A stretch of DNA of 64,000 nucleotides from an uncultured delta proteobacterium (GCA_963755715.1 CAVWLW010000032.1:105991-169990); one strand, 5' to 3'; positions 50,299 through 61,435 are shown, counted from the stretch's first letter. Numbers and translations: made by a program. The notes: a model not told the origin generated them from the letters alone.

Positions 50299-50337
50299 AT
50301 AAGGGTTTCTTATAAGAAACATATGAGTTTTTCTTAT
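50299..50337. promoter_or_regulatory. Tandem LysR-type (T-N11-A) dyads plus a 16-bp perfect palindrome
   Basis: ATAAG-N5-CTTAT (50299-50313), ATGAG-N5-CTTAT (50323-50337), GTTTCTTATAAGAAAC (50305-50320). Confidence 0.5.
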
Positions 50338-50578
50338 TGGACAAACGTCAACTTTTGGAAGTAGAAATCGCGGTGGTAATGCATGTGCGAGGGGGAGAAC
50401 GAGCAAACATGGCTGCCCGCCGAGATTGATGATCTGTTTTATCAGATCGACAAATGAACAAACTACCAGACTTGATCTTTCAGTCTCCCCATAATTTCAG
50501 TGCGGCGAATATTTACGCAAGTAAGGCAAGTCTGATTCGGCAGACCGCCTCTAAGTGCCGGAGAGAGGGGTAACGACC

Positions 50579-53357
50579 ATGGCAGGGGGATCCAGAAATC
50601 TAATAGTTCTTTCGGACGGAACCGGCAATAGCGCGTCGAAGGCGTTCAAGACCAATGTATGGCGCCTTTATCAGGCCCTCAATCTGCGGGACGGAAAACA
50701 GGTCGCTGTGTTCGGCGACGGCGTCGGAACATCGAGCATTACGCTTCTGCGGATCATCGGCCTCGCGCTCGGCGTGGGGGTGAAGCGCAATGTGCTCAAT
50801 CTCTACAAGTTCCTGTGCCACAACTACTGGCGGGAGGAAAAAGACGGCCGGACAGAGAGCGACCGCATCTGGATGTTCGGATTCAGCCGCGGCGCATTCA
50901 CGATCCGCGTGCTCGCCGGTTTGGTGCATTCCGAAGGACTGGTCACGTTCGAGACCGAAGCGGATTTGGAAAGGAATGCGCTCGCCGCCTATCGCGCCTT
51001 TCGCAAAAAGGCTTTTCCTGCGAAGGCCTGGTGGGTCTTTTGGGTCCCGGTCGGGCGTTGGGTCCGCGACGTTTTGATTTCCTTGTGGCAACCTATCACG
51101 GGCGGCGTCCCATACGAGCATGTAGCAAAGCGTGAGAACATCGAAATCCATTTTGTTGGGGTGTGGGACACGGTCGCGGCCTATGGCCTGCCGATCGACG
51201 AACTCACGATCGCGGTCGACAAATGGGTCTGGCCGATGAAGTTCGAAGATACCTCACTGCTGGAACGCGTGCGGCACGCGCGACATGCCTTGGCACTCGA
51301 TGACGAGCGGCGAACCTTTTACCCAATCCCCTGGGACGAACGGGAGGAAAAGAAGCAGCGCGGCACGGTCGATCCCGATCGCCTCACGCAGGTCTGGTTT
51401 CCCGGTATGCATGCCGATGTCGGCGGCGGATATCCGGACGATGGACTCTCATTCGTGCCGCTGTGCTGGATGATCGGCGAAGCGGAGAAGAAAGGGCTGA
51501 ACTTCGAAAAACTCATCGTCGAGACCTATCGGTCGCTCGCATCGCCGACTGGCCGCCTTTACGATTCACGCGGAGGGATCGTTGGCGCGCTGTGGCGCTA
51601 TCAGCCACGCAATGTCCAGTTGCTGATGGACAAGAACGATGACACGGTCCCATTGGATAAAAGGGTCACGCCGCTGGTGCATCATTGCGCGGTGACGCGC
51701 ATGACTTACGGCAATGACGGCTACGCGCCGAAGTCGCTGCCATTCAAGATCAACATTCTGCTGCCGAACGATGCGCGAATCCCGTTTGACACGAGCGAGG
51801 TCAATACCGCTTTGCAGACGGTCACCGATGCCCCCACGAAGACGGTGCTAACCGATCTCAAAACGCTGATTGAGACGGCGGAAGCTCAAGAAAAGCGCGG
51901 GCATTACTTCGCGTTGGTGCTCGACACGATCTGGTGGCGGCGGTGCGTCTATTTCGTCACGCTCGGACTGGCGTTGATCGCGCTCGCATTCCCGGTGATC
52001 TATGCGCTGCTCGATTGGGGCGACAAGACCGAAAAGATCAATCAGATCACGGGCGGCACTGTCGCTTACCTGCTCAGGCTCTTCAAAGGATTCATACCGA
52101 GTTTTGCGAGCCCGTGGGTCGATGCTGTTACGCAGGAGCCCCCAACCTGCCGTCAATATCGTCCTGCTTTTCATCATCAGTCTCGCGATCAGTGGCGTCC
52201 TGAAGCGCCGTATTCAGGACCGCGCCCGCGCCGCGTGGAACGTTCAGCCGAAGGTTGGCGATAAAAAGATCGATCGTTTGAGGCTCGCGGGGCAGCGCCA
52301 TGCACTTGCGGCAGCGGCCGTCGTCCTCGCCATTGTCGCTTATTTCTCGTACGGGAATTGGAAGAGCTTTTGGGCGGCGGTCATCGGCGCAGTGCTGAGC
52401 GCGCTTGTCGTCTTCTTCCGAAGAAAAGAGCCCAAGAAAGTCGATCCAGCGAATCCGCCTGCCGCGTTATGGATCGCACGCGAGCTCAGAAACTCAAAAA
52501 AGGCCGTTGCTGCCTATCGCTGGGCCGCGCAAACTGGATTCCCTGCGCTCTTCATCCTGATCGTTGCCTGGCTCGCCGCGTCGGGGCTGAACCTTGGACT
52601 ATACAACCTGCGAAGCACGAACGGCGCTTTCTGTGAGGCGGACGAGGTTGATAAAAACCAGACTGAGGAGGCGCGCAAGCAGGAAACGCAGCAGCGGGCC
52701 CTGAATGACAAGCTAGGCTCCGCAACTGTCGATATCAGTTCGCCATGCGCTCGCACTGGCCTGTGGCTCGTCGCCGGGCGGCAATACCGCATCCGGATCG
52801 AGCCTGGGGTCGCTGAGACTGCGCCAGGGACATTCGAGAAAAAGCCTGAATATGCCTGGTTCGACAAAGGCACGCCTGCCGATGTCGTCGGCTTTGGCGT
52901 TGATAGCCGCGCTCATTTCGCAGGGATGACGCTGAAGCACTGGTGGCGGGAAAACTACTTCCAGCCGATCGCGCGGGTTGGGAACATCGGCAATTACGAA
53001 TATCCGCTCCATCCTGCTGCGCCGCTTCCCAAGGTGGATTTTTCAACCTGCAAAGCGGACGCGCCAGCTGACGTTGAAAGCCCGGCGCCGGTGTCCGCGA
53101 GGCTAGAGGAACTGGGCTGCGAGAAAAGGAAAGAAATCCAGCGAAACGAAGTGCTGATCGCCGACATCACGCCGGACTCGACCGGAGAGCTCTACATCTA
53201 TGTCAACGATGCCATTCTGTTTTGGGACAGTCGAGACCATCACAAGTTCTACAAGAACAACAGCGGCAAAGCGAAAGTCACCGTGACGCGGACTGTCGCG
53301 CCCGCGACAGTCGATTTCAATTCCGCCGAGGGCGGCAAACCGCAGCAACGCAATTGA
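50579..53357 (+). CDS. DUF2235 (Tle1-like alpha/beta hydrolase) with TM segments and C-terminal beta domain (frameshift near 52140)
   Basis: SDGTGN, TNVWRLY, GFSRGA, GVWDTV, HALALDDERR, WFPGMHADVGGGY; an extra C in a C-run joins the two ORFs. Confidence 0.82.
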
Positions 53358-53452
53358 GGGATCTCGCAGGCGCGGGCCGCGGAGTAAAGAAGCAGGGATC
53401 AAGCCGCGCTGGTTTCAAGATCGGACTGCGCAAGCCAGTCAGCCTGAACGCT

Positions 53453-54490
53453 TCAGTTCTCAAGCACCTGTTTCATACGCCGCACCAAGTCCGGCGAGAC
53501 GGCGCCCAGCTCTTTTCCCAGCGCGGTGATCGCTTCGCCGGTCGTGAGGCTCGGGTCGAGGCCGGCTTTTTTCGTTTCCGCGATAAAGTCGGTGTCGATC
53601 AACATCTTGGCGAAAGCGTCGCGCAAAATTTTGAGCCGGTCCGCGGGCAGGGCAGGCGGGCCGAAAAAGGGACGGCCGATTTCATCGGGCAGCACGAGGA
53701 TTTTTGCCAGCTGCCGATCGGCGTCGCCGACTTTGTGTTTGTCCATCAATTCCCAGATCGTCGGCACTTCGGGGAGGTTGGGATAGCGCTTGCGTCCGCT
53801 TTGAGCGAGCGCGCGAACAAAGCCCGTCTTCGCCCAGGTCCGCGAAGGCTCGGTGCCGAAAAAGGCCTGCACGCTCCCGGCCCGACACTGTATCTCGCCG
53901 CGCTCGATCGCCAGGTTGGCTTCGGGCGAGCTCTGGTAGCCCGGCACCATGCTTAGCTTGAGCCCGAAGACTTCCTGCAGAAATCTCGGAAAATAATAAT
54001 CGCCGGTGCCCAGACCCGTGGACCCGCACTTGACCGGCGCCGCCGCGCTGCGGAGATCCTCCAGCGCCTTGAACGGTGCGTCGGCTCGGATATAGAAAAC
54101 CCGCGCGCTCTCTTCCGACGAGCCGATCCAACTGTACTTGAACCATTCGAACTGAACTTCCTTTTGTCCAGCCAGTTCCTGCAAATAAATTCCCGGGCTG
54201 ACCATGCCGAGAGTGAGACCGTCCGGTTTGGCAACGCGATAGATGTAGTTGGCTGCGACGATAGAGCCGCCGCCGGCCATGTTCTGGACGATAATGCCGG
54301 GATTGCCCTGCACATGCTTCTCCAGATGCTTGGCGATGATCCGCGCCCAGACGTCGAACGATCCCCCCGCGTTGAATCCCACCCGAATAGTCACCTGCTT
54401 GCCCTGATAAAACGGCGCCTGCGCCGAAAGATCGGAGATCCACGTCAAACAAACCAAAATAACGCCAACGATGTTTCTCAAGATGCACAC
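53453..54490 (-). CDS. TctC/Bug substrate-binding protein
   Basis: FYQGKQV..RVGFNAGGSFD, NMAGGG, KPDGLT, AIERGE. Confidence 0.88.
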   Translation of the reverse strand: MCILRNIVGVILVCLTWISDLSAQAPFYQGKQVTIRVGFNAGGSFDVWARIIAKHLEKHVQGNPGIIVQNMAGGGSIVAANYIYRVAKPDGLTLGMVSPGIYLQELAGQKEVQFEWFKYSWIGSSEESARVFYIRADAPFKALEDLRSAAAPVKCGSTGLGTGDYYFPRFLQEVFGLKLSMVPGYQSSPEANLAIERGEIQCRAGSVQAFFGTEPSRTWAKTGFVRALAQSGRKRYPNLPEVPTIWELMDKHKVGDADRQLAKILVLPDEIGRPFFGPPALPADRLKILRDAFAKMLIDTDFIAETKKAGLDPSLTTGEAITALGKELGAVSPDLVRRMKQVLEN

Positions 54491-54753
54491 TCCATGAAGA
54501 TTTTTCCTTTGATTCGCACCGTCGCGACTATAGCAGCGCTTTGCGGTCTCGCCAACGTTTTGATAGCTGATTCGAGATGATTAATCGTGGATGGCTGATG
54601 CCTACGGTTTCTCGTATCACGCCCAGGAAAACCACAAGACGAGCACCAGAGGGGAGCAATGCAAATCCATCAAGTCAATGATCCACGTAAGTTTTGTGGT
54701 GAAACTGCGCTGAGCACCATGTCGATCGCGTCATTTTTCGCGGGGGGATCTCG

Positions 54754-55443
54754 TTGAGCGATAACATTATTTCCTACATTGACATGTGCCGACGCGAGGG
54801 CACGAGTCTCCAGCAAGGAATGAATTTTGGTATAGGTGGAACTCACTCAGTCATATTGATGTCGGTTCGGCGCAATGCACCATATAGGGATCGGCTTGAA
54901 GATAACGGTACAACTCTCGTTTACGAAGGGCATGATCAACCAAGAGGACCGAAGCAACCGAATCCAAAGACTTTAGATCAGCCAGAACGATTTCCTTCTG
55001 GTCGACTAACACAGAATGGCAAATTTCATAAGGCCGCCCAGCTTTTTAAAACTGGAAAACGCCCGCCAGAGCGCGTACGGGTTTATGAAAAGATTCACAA
55101 GGGAATATGGTCCTACAATGGTATTTTCCATCTTGTCGATTCTTGGTGCGAAGGTGATGAGTTCCGCGAAGTGTTCAAGTTCCGCCTAATCGCGGTCGAA
55201 GGAGACGAGCGATTTGATCAACCGCCTCAAAGGAACCTTCAACGGCGTCGCTTGATACCGACACCGGTCAAACTCGCAGTCTGGAAAAGAGATGGTGGAA
55301 AATGCGTGATCTGTGGCGCGACTGACCAGCTTCACTTCGACCACGATTTACCTTGGTCAAAAGGTGGGACATCGGCAACTGAAAAAAACGTGCAGCTACT
55401 CTGTGCTCGCCATAACTTGGAGAAACACGATCAGATTATATGA
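54754..55443 (+). CDS. HNH endonuclease with N-terminal SRA-like domain
   Basis: PYRD...LVYEGHD...QNG...RVYEK...YNG.F; VWKRDGGKCVIC...HFDHDLP.SKGG...NVQLLC..HN. Confidence 0.8.
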   Translation: MSDNIISYIDMCRREGTSLQQGMNFGIGGTHSVILMSVRRNAPYRDRLEDNGTTLVYEGHDQPRGPKQPNPKTLDQPERFPSGRLTQNGKFHKAAQLFKTGKRPPERVRVYEKIHKGIWSYNGIFHLVDSWCEGDEFREVFKFRLIAVEGDERFDQPPQRNLQRRRLIPTPVKLAVWKRDGGKCVICGATDQLHFDHDLPWSKGGTSATEKNVQLLCARHNLEKHDQII

Positions 55444-55729
55444 CCGTTACCGGTTACATTTAAGATCGAGAGTAACTTTCTCTGGAGAAGCCTGACCCTC
55501 AAGATCTCTCGTCACTCGTCGCTCACGGATTTACACCACTATGAGCGCGCGCGGTTAAAAAGACCGGTCTCTTTTCTGAATTGCCAGCCCATTCAATGTC
55601 ACCCGCGCGCTGCAATAGACTGAGTTGCGCGTCGAGAATCGTTGCGACCCCGATCGTATCGTGGTAACCGGAATCAAGTTTATCTCAAGGGTCGGCGGCG
55701 TTGTGAACGAAGCAATAAGGCAATCGCGT

Positions 55730-56748
55730 TATGGAATATCCATCGACACCTTGCAACAATCTTCTCGCTGGCTGCAATATTTTTGCTTTACCTGCTTTCG
55801 GTGGCAAACGCTGAAGAGACACGGGTAGTCGTCGCATACAGCTCGATCAATCCTAATTCTTCTCATCTGGAAATCGCGCGGGCGCAAGGTTTCTATCGCA
55901 AATACGGCTTGGACCCGGAGATCATTCTCGTGCGCAGCAGCGCGACGGCGACCGCCGGTTTGGCTGCAGGCAACATTCAATTCGGATTTATTGGAGGCTC
56001 GGCGCTTCTGAACGCGGCGGCGGAGGGATTACCGCTCACTATGCTGGCGTCATTCGACGCTCAGCTCACCTACGAGATTATCGCGAGGCCGGAGATTAAG
56101 CACGTGAACGACTTAAAAGGAAAGAAATTCGGCGTAGGTTCTCTCGGCGGGACGCCCTGGATGGCGGCAAAGCTGGCGTTTGAATATCTCGGCCTCGACG
56201 AAAAGAGAGATCGCATTCAGGTCATCGCGATGGCCAACCAAACGAGCCGTTATCACGCGCTGGATCAAGGCTCTATCGACGCCGCCATCTTGCAGGGTAA
56301 TTTTAGTCGTGCGCTTATTGGCAAAGGATTTAGCATGATCGCGGACCTTGAACGAGCCAAAATCCCGTTTGTCGGAGCCGGGGTGGTTGTTTCGTCTCGA
56401 TTTTTGCGTGAAAACCAAGCCACGATAGAAAACTTCTTGAGAGCGCTGCTGGACAGCCAAAGCTTTATCAATCGTTCTGAGAATAAGCCGGCGGTGTTGA
56501 AAATAATGGCAACCCATCTCAAGGAAAAAAATCCGGCAGCCCTCGAAGACGGATTCCAAGTACTTAGCGCAAACATGAGCCGAAAACCGTTTTCGTCCGT
56601 CGCCGGTCTCAACAACATCAAGCGGATGCTGGCACTCTCCAATCCGAAAGCAGGAAACGTGAAGCCGGAGAAATTGACGGACGACAGTTTATTGCGCAAC
56701 TTTGATAGAAACGGAATTCTGGATCGCGCGCTGGCCGGTTCCCTGTAG
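55730..56748 (+). CDS. ABC substrate-binding protein, NMT1/SsuA-like (start uncertain)
   Basis: GFYRKYGL, DLKGKKFGVGSLG, ALDQGSIDAA; ATG 55730 is in frame only if one G is removed. Confidence 0.82.
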
Positions 56749-56868
56749 TCAATCTTTTTGTGGGACAGCAGATCACGTGGAGACTAAGGTTTGCCCAAAG
56801 CGAGCGAAGTGACGTCACGGTCTAGCACGGGAGCGGTTTAGCCACCCGGGTTGAGTTGCCGCTGTTGA

Positions 56869-57693
56869 CTAACTCAGCTGACGTCTCGATCCGTCCGTCA
56901 CGTCGATGAGGACGCCGTCTGGATCGGCCAGATGAACCATTCCGTGGGGACACGTGGAAAAAAGTCGCTGCCGCGCGTCTCCCTCATCGGCTTTGCGGGC
57001 ACGCCTCGGCGCAATCGACGGATCGCGCTCGATTAAAGCGTCGAGATCTTTTTGAAATGCCGCAACGCTTTCCACATGAAATCCCAAGTGATCCAACGCC
57101 GGCCTTTCGATTCCCGATCCCAGGTAATCCGTGATGTCCCAGGGCATGATGGTAAACGTCAATCTGCCATCGGTGAGATAAAAGTTGGGATCGTCGGCGG
57201 GCCTTTCTAAAGCGGCCAGCTCGAAAACTTCGACATAGAACTCGGCCAGAACCTCGGGGCTCACGGCCCTAAGCGCCAAGTGGTTGAGGTGGCGTTCCTG
57301 CTGCCATTCCCCTTCCTCGTAAACGCCTCGCCTTTTCCCAGCCCCTTTTGATAGATCGAAGACATTACCTGCGGGATCATGGGTGCTGATGCCGGCGAAG
57401 GATCTGCCACCGGGCCTGTGCAGGACTTTGATCTTTGGGTATTTAGCGTGGAGGCGAGCATACACGGTCTCGACATCCTCGACCTCGAACCCAAAGTGGT
57501 CCAGACCGGATTGGCGCCCGGGAGCCCTGGAATTGATATTCAGCCCAACGTATCCGTCTCCGACGACTGCGGCTCCGCGCGGCTCGTCCGACGACGGCTT
57601 GGACGATCGCATACCAAAAAGCGATTCGTAAAATCTGCCCAGTAAAGTGAATCGATCGCTTACAATCGCGACATGCTTCAACTTCGCAAACAT
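56869..57693 (-). CDS. Two-domain VOC/glyoxalase family protein
   Basis: LKHVAI, LDHFGFEV, DPAGN, LNHLAL, LDHLGF, DPDG. Confidence 0.85.
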   Translation of the reverse strand: MFAKLKHVAIVSDRFTLLGRFYESLFGMRSSKPSSDEPRGAAVVGDGYVGLNINSRAPGRQSGLDHFGFEVEDVETVYARLHAKYPKIKVLHRPGGRSFAGISTHDPAGNVFDLSKGAGKRRGVYEEGEWQQERHLNHLALRAVSPEVLAEFYVEVFELAALERPADDPNFYLTDGRLTFTIMPWDITDYLGSGIERPALDHLGFHVESVAAFQKDLDALIERDPSIAPRRARKADEGDARQRLFSTCPHGMVHLADPDGVLIDVTDGSRRQLS

Positions 57694-57987
57694 CGTTCGC
57701 TCCTCCAGTCGTTCAATGTTGCTCTCTTATGCTATCCGATAAACAAGCGTATTCACTAGCACAGTGAAGAGTCAAGAAAAAACCCTCCAGTCTGGAACCT
57801 TTCGGGCCTCCGCCAACCTGCGCATTTCTCTATTGCCTATAGGCTGTTGCCTAATTATAAAGGAGACCGCGAAGATTTCCGTGGAGCGTTCTTCTGCGAA
57901 GCAGCGACGGTGAAAACTACCGGACCGACTAGCATCCGGAGAACGATCAAAACGAAATCTCTATCAATCATGAAGGAGGAGATCGCA

Positions 57988-58617
57988 ATGAAAAGCTTGT
58001 CTGCCATTGCTATGGGGCTGCTGCTTGTCACCGGACTCACGGTTTTGGGCTGCTCACCACAGATGTCTGGTCAAGGCGACGCGGGATGGATCACGCTCCT
58101 TGACGGCTCGAACCCCAAGACCCTGGACAACTGGAACCGGATCGGCGACGCCAATTGGCGGGTCGAGGACGGCGCCGTCGTGGCCGACAAAGGCAAGGGT
58201 GGCCATCTGGTCTCGAAGAACTCCTACAAGGACTTCCAGATCCGAGCCGAGTTCTGGGCGGACCACACCACGAACAGCGGTATCTTTTTTCGCATTTCCG
58301 ATCCCAAAGCTATCGGATCCAAGACCGCGTACGAGGCGAATATCTACGACCAGCGCCCAGACCCGGAGTACGGCACCGGGGCCATCGCCAATGTTGCCAA
58401 GGTATCTCCGATGCCCAAAGCGGGCGGCAAATGGAACACCTATGAGATCACCGCCAAAGGCTCGCATCTGACGCTCGTGCTCAATGGGACCAAAACTGTC
58501 GATATCCAGCACACCCAGTTCACGGAAGGTCCGATCTCGCTGCAGTTTGCCAATCGTGAAAAAGGAACCCCCGGCGGCGCCATCAAATGGCGCAGGGTGC
58601 AGATCAGGCCTCTGTAA
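57988..58617 (+). CDS. DUF1080 lipoprotein
   Basis: Lipobox VLGC; NSGIFFR, YEANI, TGAI, KWNT, GPISLQ; AGGAGG RBS. Confidence 0.88.
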   Translation: MKSLSAIAMGLLLVTGLTVLGCSPQMSGQGDAGWITLLDGSNPKTLDNWNRIGDANWRVEDGAVVADKGKGGHLVSKNSYKDFQIRAEFWADHTTNSGIFFRISDPKAIGSKTAYEANIYDQRPDPEYGTGAIANVAKVSPMPKAGGKWNTYEITAKGSHLTLVLNGTKTVDIQHTQFTEGPISLQFANREKGTPGGAIKWRRVQIRPL

Positions 58618-58925
58618 CTCGCGCCATCCACAGCGTAGCGGCGACGACTGCTGGGTTTATGGCGTATCTACGGTGCGGTCGATGTCTTCCTGAAGCGAGA
58701 CGATATCAGCATCAGAGCAAGGCTATTCCGCGGTTTTACGGAATGTAAAGATTGGAAACGCGATCATGTAGATTGCGGTTAGCAGGGAACTAAATTTAAA
58801 TATTGTATGACGCAGATTATCAATACAATCTTTTTATGCTGCTTGGGGCGTCATCGTTTTCGTCAGATGTGGTCCTTTTGTCATTCTCCAAATTATTGCC
58901 GGCGATTGACGGAAGCTCGAATAAA

Positions 58926-60471
58926 CCCGGATTGCGCAGTGAAAGATTTGTGGAGTAAGGAGAGAGAGAAAAAGGATAAGAGGAGTAGTGGTTTAGGATG
59001 AAAGAGCCGAGGCGAAAGCGATCACCGCTGTATCGGAAGATTTTGTTTGGGTTTACCGATCATCCGATCACGGTATGGGCTGGGGTAATTTTGCTGCGGG
59101 TTTATTTTGAATGGATCAAACTACGAGAGGAGCTAGACGAAACATTAGTGGAATTTCGCAAGCGGTCAAACAACCAGATAGGGTCGGTGGAGGTGATGCT
59201 GAGTTGGTTTTATGGGTTAGCTTTGGGAGCAGAACGGTTTGAGCATTTCACGCGGTATCGGCGGGATCGGCTGTTGGGGGAGCTGTTAGGGATGAAGCGA
59301 TTTTGTTCGCCGGACACGTTGAGGCGGCTGTTTTTGCGATTTCACTATCGCGAGGTGACCGAGACGAGCGAACGGCTGATGAGGTTTAGCTTAGCGCGGA
59401 TGCGACCGATACTGATGGGGCATACGGTGGATTTGGATTCCACGGTGTTGTGTCGATACGGCGAGCAGGAGGGGAGTTTAAAGGGGTACAATCCGAGCAA
59501 GCCTGGGCGCAGGTCGCATCATCCCTTGGTGGCATTTTTAGCTGAGGGGCGCCGATTGTTATGGGCGAGTATGCGAAGTGGGAATAGCGGCAGCGCCAAC
59601 GGCTGTGTGGAGTTCATCAAGCAAGCGGTTACGGTGCTTCCCCAGGGGCATCGGATTGGACTGTTACGGGCCGATGCGGGATTTTTCGAGAAACGATTCT
59701 TGGAGTACTTAGAGAGCCAAGAGTTGCCGTACATTATCGTGGCCCGGTTGACTGCGGTGGTACGAAAGCTCGTGATTCATCGGATACCGTCCACGGCCTG
59801 GCGGGTGGTGGCACGGGGGATCGAGGTGGCAGATCTGGAAGTCAGTCTGCCGAACTGGAAAGCAGCGAAGCGTCGCTTTGTCTGTCTGCGTCAGGAGATT
59901 TCGGAGCGGCCCGAGGCCAGAGGGAGACGATTAATAGATTGTCCGGGATATACGTATCGGGTGATGGTCACCAGCGTACCGTATGCCGCCGAAGTGGTTA
60001 CCCGAATGTATGCGGGGAGAGCCGACAGTGAAAACCGCATTAAGGAGTTAAAAGAGGACTTAAGCTTGGACAGCTTTTGTCTTAAATCTTTTGACGCCAC
60101 CGATGCGGCTTTTCGTATGGGCTGTGTGCTGTACAATCTATTGGCGGATTTTCGCGAGACGGTGTTGCCGCGCTCGTGGTTTGAAAGACGGCTGAGAGCG
60201 GTTAGAGACTTCGTGTTTTTGGTGGGCGCTGATTTGATCTCTCAAGGGCGCCGGATACAGATCCGTTTTGCGATGCCACAACCCGATCGACCCGAGTTCT
60301 TGCGTCGCTTGCGCACGGTGTCCGACGGACTTCCGATTGCGGCGCAGTTGGAATGGTCTCTTACCGACCAAACTCCAAGCCATCCCGACAAAATCATTAC
60401 CCCCATTCCACTTCTCAACTCCGTACCGTCCCAAGTTTCTTTCCCCTGATTTCTCTACTGCGGAATCCGGG
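58926..60471 (+). mobile_element. IS1380-family insertion sequence
   Basis: TIRs CCCGGATTGCGCAGT / ACTGCGGAATCCGGG (14 of 15 match) flank a transposase. Confidence 0.88.
58998..60449 (+). CDS. IS1380-family DDE transposase
   Basis: VDLDST, GYNP.KPGR.SHHPL, LRADAGF, Y.GR..SENRIKELK. Confidence 0.9.
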   Translation: MKEPRRKRSPLYRKILFGFTDHPITVWAGVILLRVYFEWIKLREELDETLVEFRKRSNNQIGSVEVMLSWFYGLALGAERFEHFTRYRRDRLLGELLGMKRFCSPDTLRRLFLRFHYREVTETSERLMRFSLARMRPILMGHTVDLDSTVLCRYGEQEGSLKGYNPSKPGRRSHHPLVAFLAEGRRLLWASMRSGNSGSANGCVEFIKQAVTVLPQGHRIGLLRADAGFFEKRFLEYLESQELPYIIVARLTAVVRKLVIHRIPSTAWRVVARGIEVADLEVSLPNWKAAKRRFVCLRQEISERPEARGRRLIDCPGYTYRVMVTSVPYAAEVVTRMYAGRADSENRIKELKEDLSLDSFCLKSFDATDAAFRMGCVLYNLLADFRETVLPRSWFERRLRAVRDFVFLVGADLISQGRRIQIRFAMPQPDRPEFLRRLRTVSDGLPIAAQLEWSLTDQTPSHPDKIITPIPLLNSVPSQVSFP

Positions 60472-60702
60472 TTGAACACATGTGCATGGATTGTGCCCTA
60501 AGCTCGACAGGACTTTGGAGAGATTTGGTCAATGCGCGGGAGTTGAGGGCTCGTAAGGCCGGCGGCAATTTTGCCTGTTAAGGTTTTTCGCATACATGAA
60601 ATCAGGTTAAATTGTCGGCTGACAGAAAAAGGGGAATTATAGCGATACACAAAACGGCGGGGGTAACGTAACGAGTCGACTTCTGGGATCGGAGCGGAAA
60701 AC

Positions 60703-61230
60703 GCTTGCGAAAGACCTTTTCGCACGTCGACGCAGACAATCGATTTCGACAAAGAAACGCTCCCGCAGATGTCGCGCGGCGTTCATCACCCTATCGAAAG
60801 ACACGGTGTTGGACCGGGCGCGCAGATAGTATAAACGAAAGTCAGACGCCGGTAGTTATCGCTTCGCAACGCTGCAGAATTGGCGACTCATTGACAAGTA
60901 CGTCGCGCCGATGCTCGGTGAAATCCAGATTCAACGGGTCGGGGTTGAAACGGTCGAGTCCGCGGCCGCAGAGTGGTCACCATGACATCAGTCAACAAGG
61001 CAAATAACGTGCTCACTGCGCCCACGGCGACCTTCAAGTTGGGCAGCGCTATGGACCCATTGAGCAAAGGCAAACCTTGCTGAACTCGCCGAACGGCTGA
61101 GGGTTTCAGAAGAGGTGAGACCGACAAAGGTTTATCCGCCAGAAGAGCTGCAGACGGTGATCAACAAGACGGCAGGGCTGGTTGGAATCGTCTTGACGGT
61201 GATCGGGCTGTATCTTCATAGTCCCACGCC
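60703..61230 (+). pseudogene. Decayed tyrosine integrase (N-terminal/core-binding part)
   Basis: Fragments RLRKTF, IDKYVAPMLGEIQIQRV, ANNVLTA and KVYPPEELQTVINKT across several frameshifts. Confidence 0.5.
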
Positions 61231-61435
61231 CGAACAACTCTTCGCTGCTGATTTGCCCATGACACAATTGAATCATGTGTCCAAAATCTGCTCATGGAGC
61301 TAGTTAATTCCAGCTTGCTCAACTAGGCAAATCCCGTAAATGGCAGTTTATTTAGGTGGTATTATCTGACAAAAACTGCCATAATTTACTACTCGCTACT
61401 ACGAATCTGGGAATGGAGGGTTTGCGCGCCAACCA

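Noticed and set aside
58919-60478. GAATA/GAACA as the IS1380 target duplication
   Set aside because: Only 4 of 5 bases match, and it requires extending the TIR beyond the usual CC terminus.
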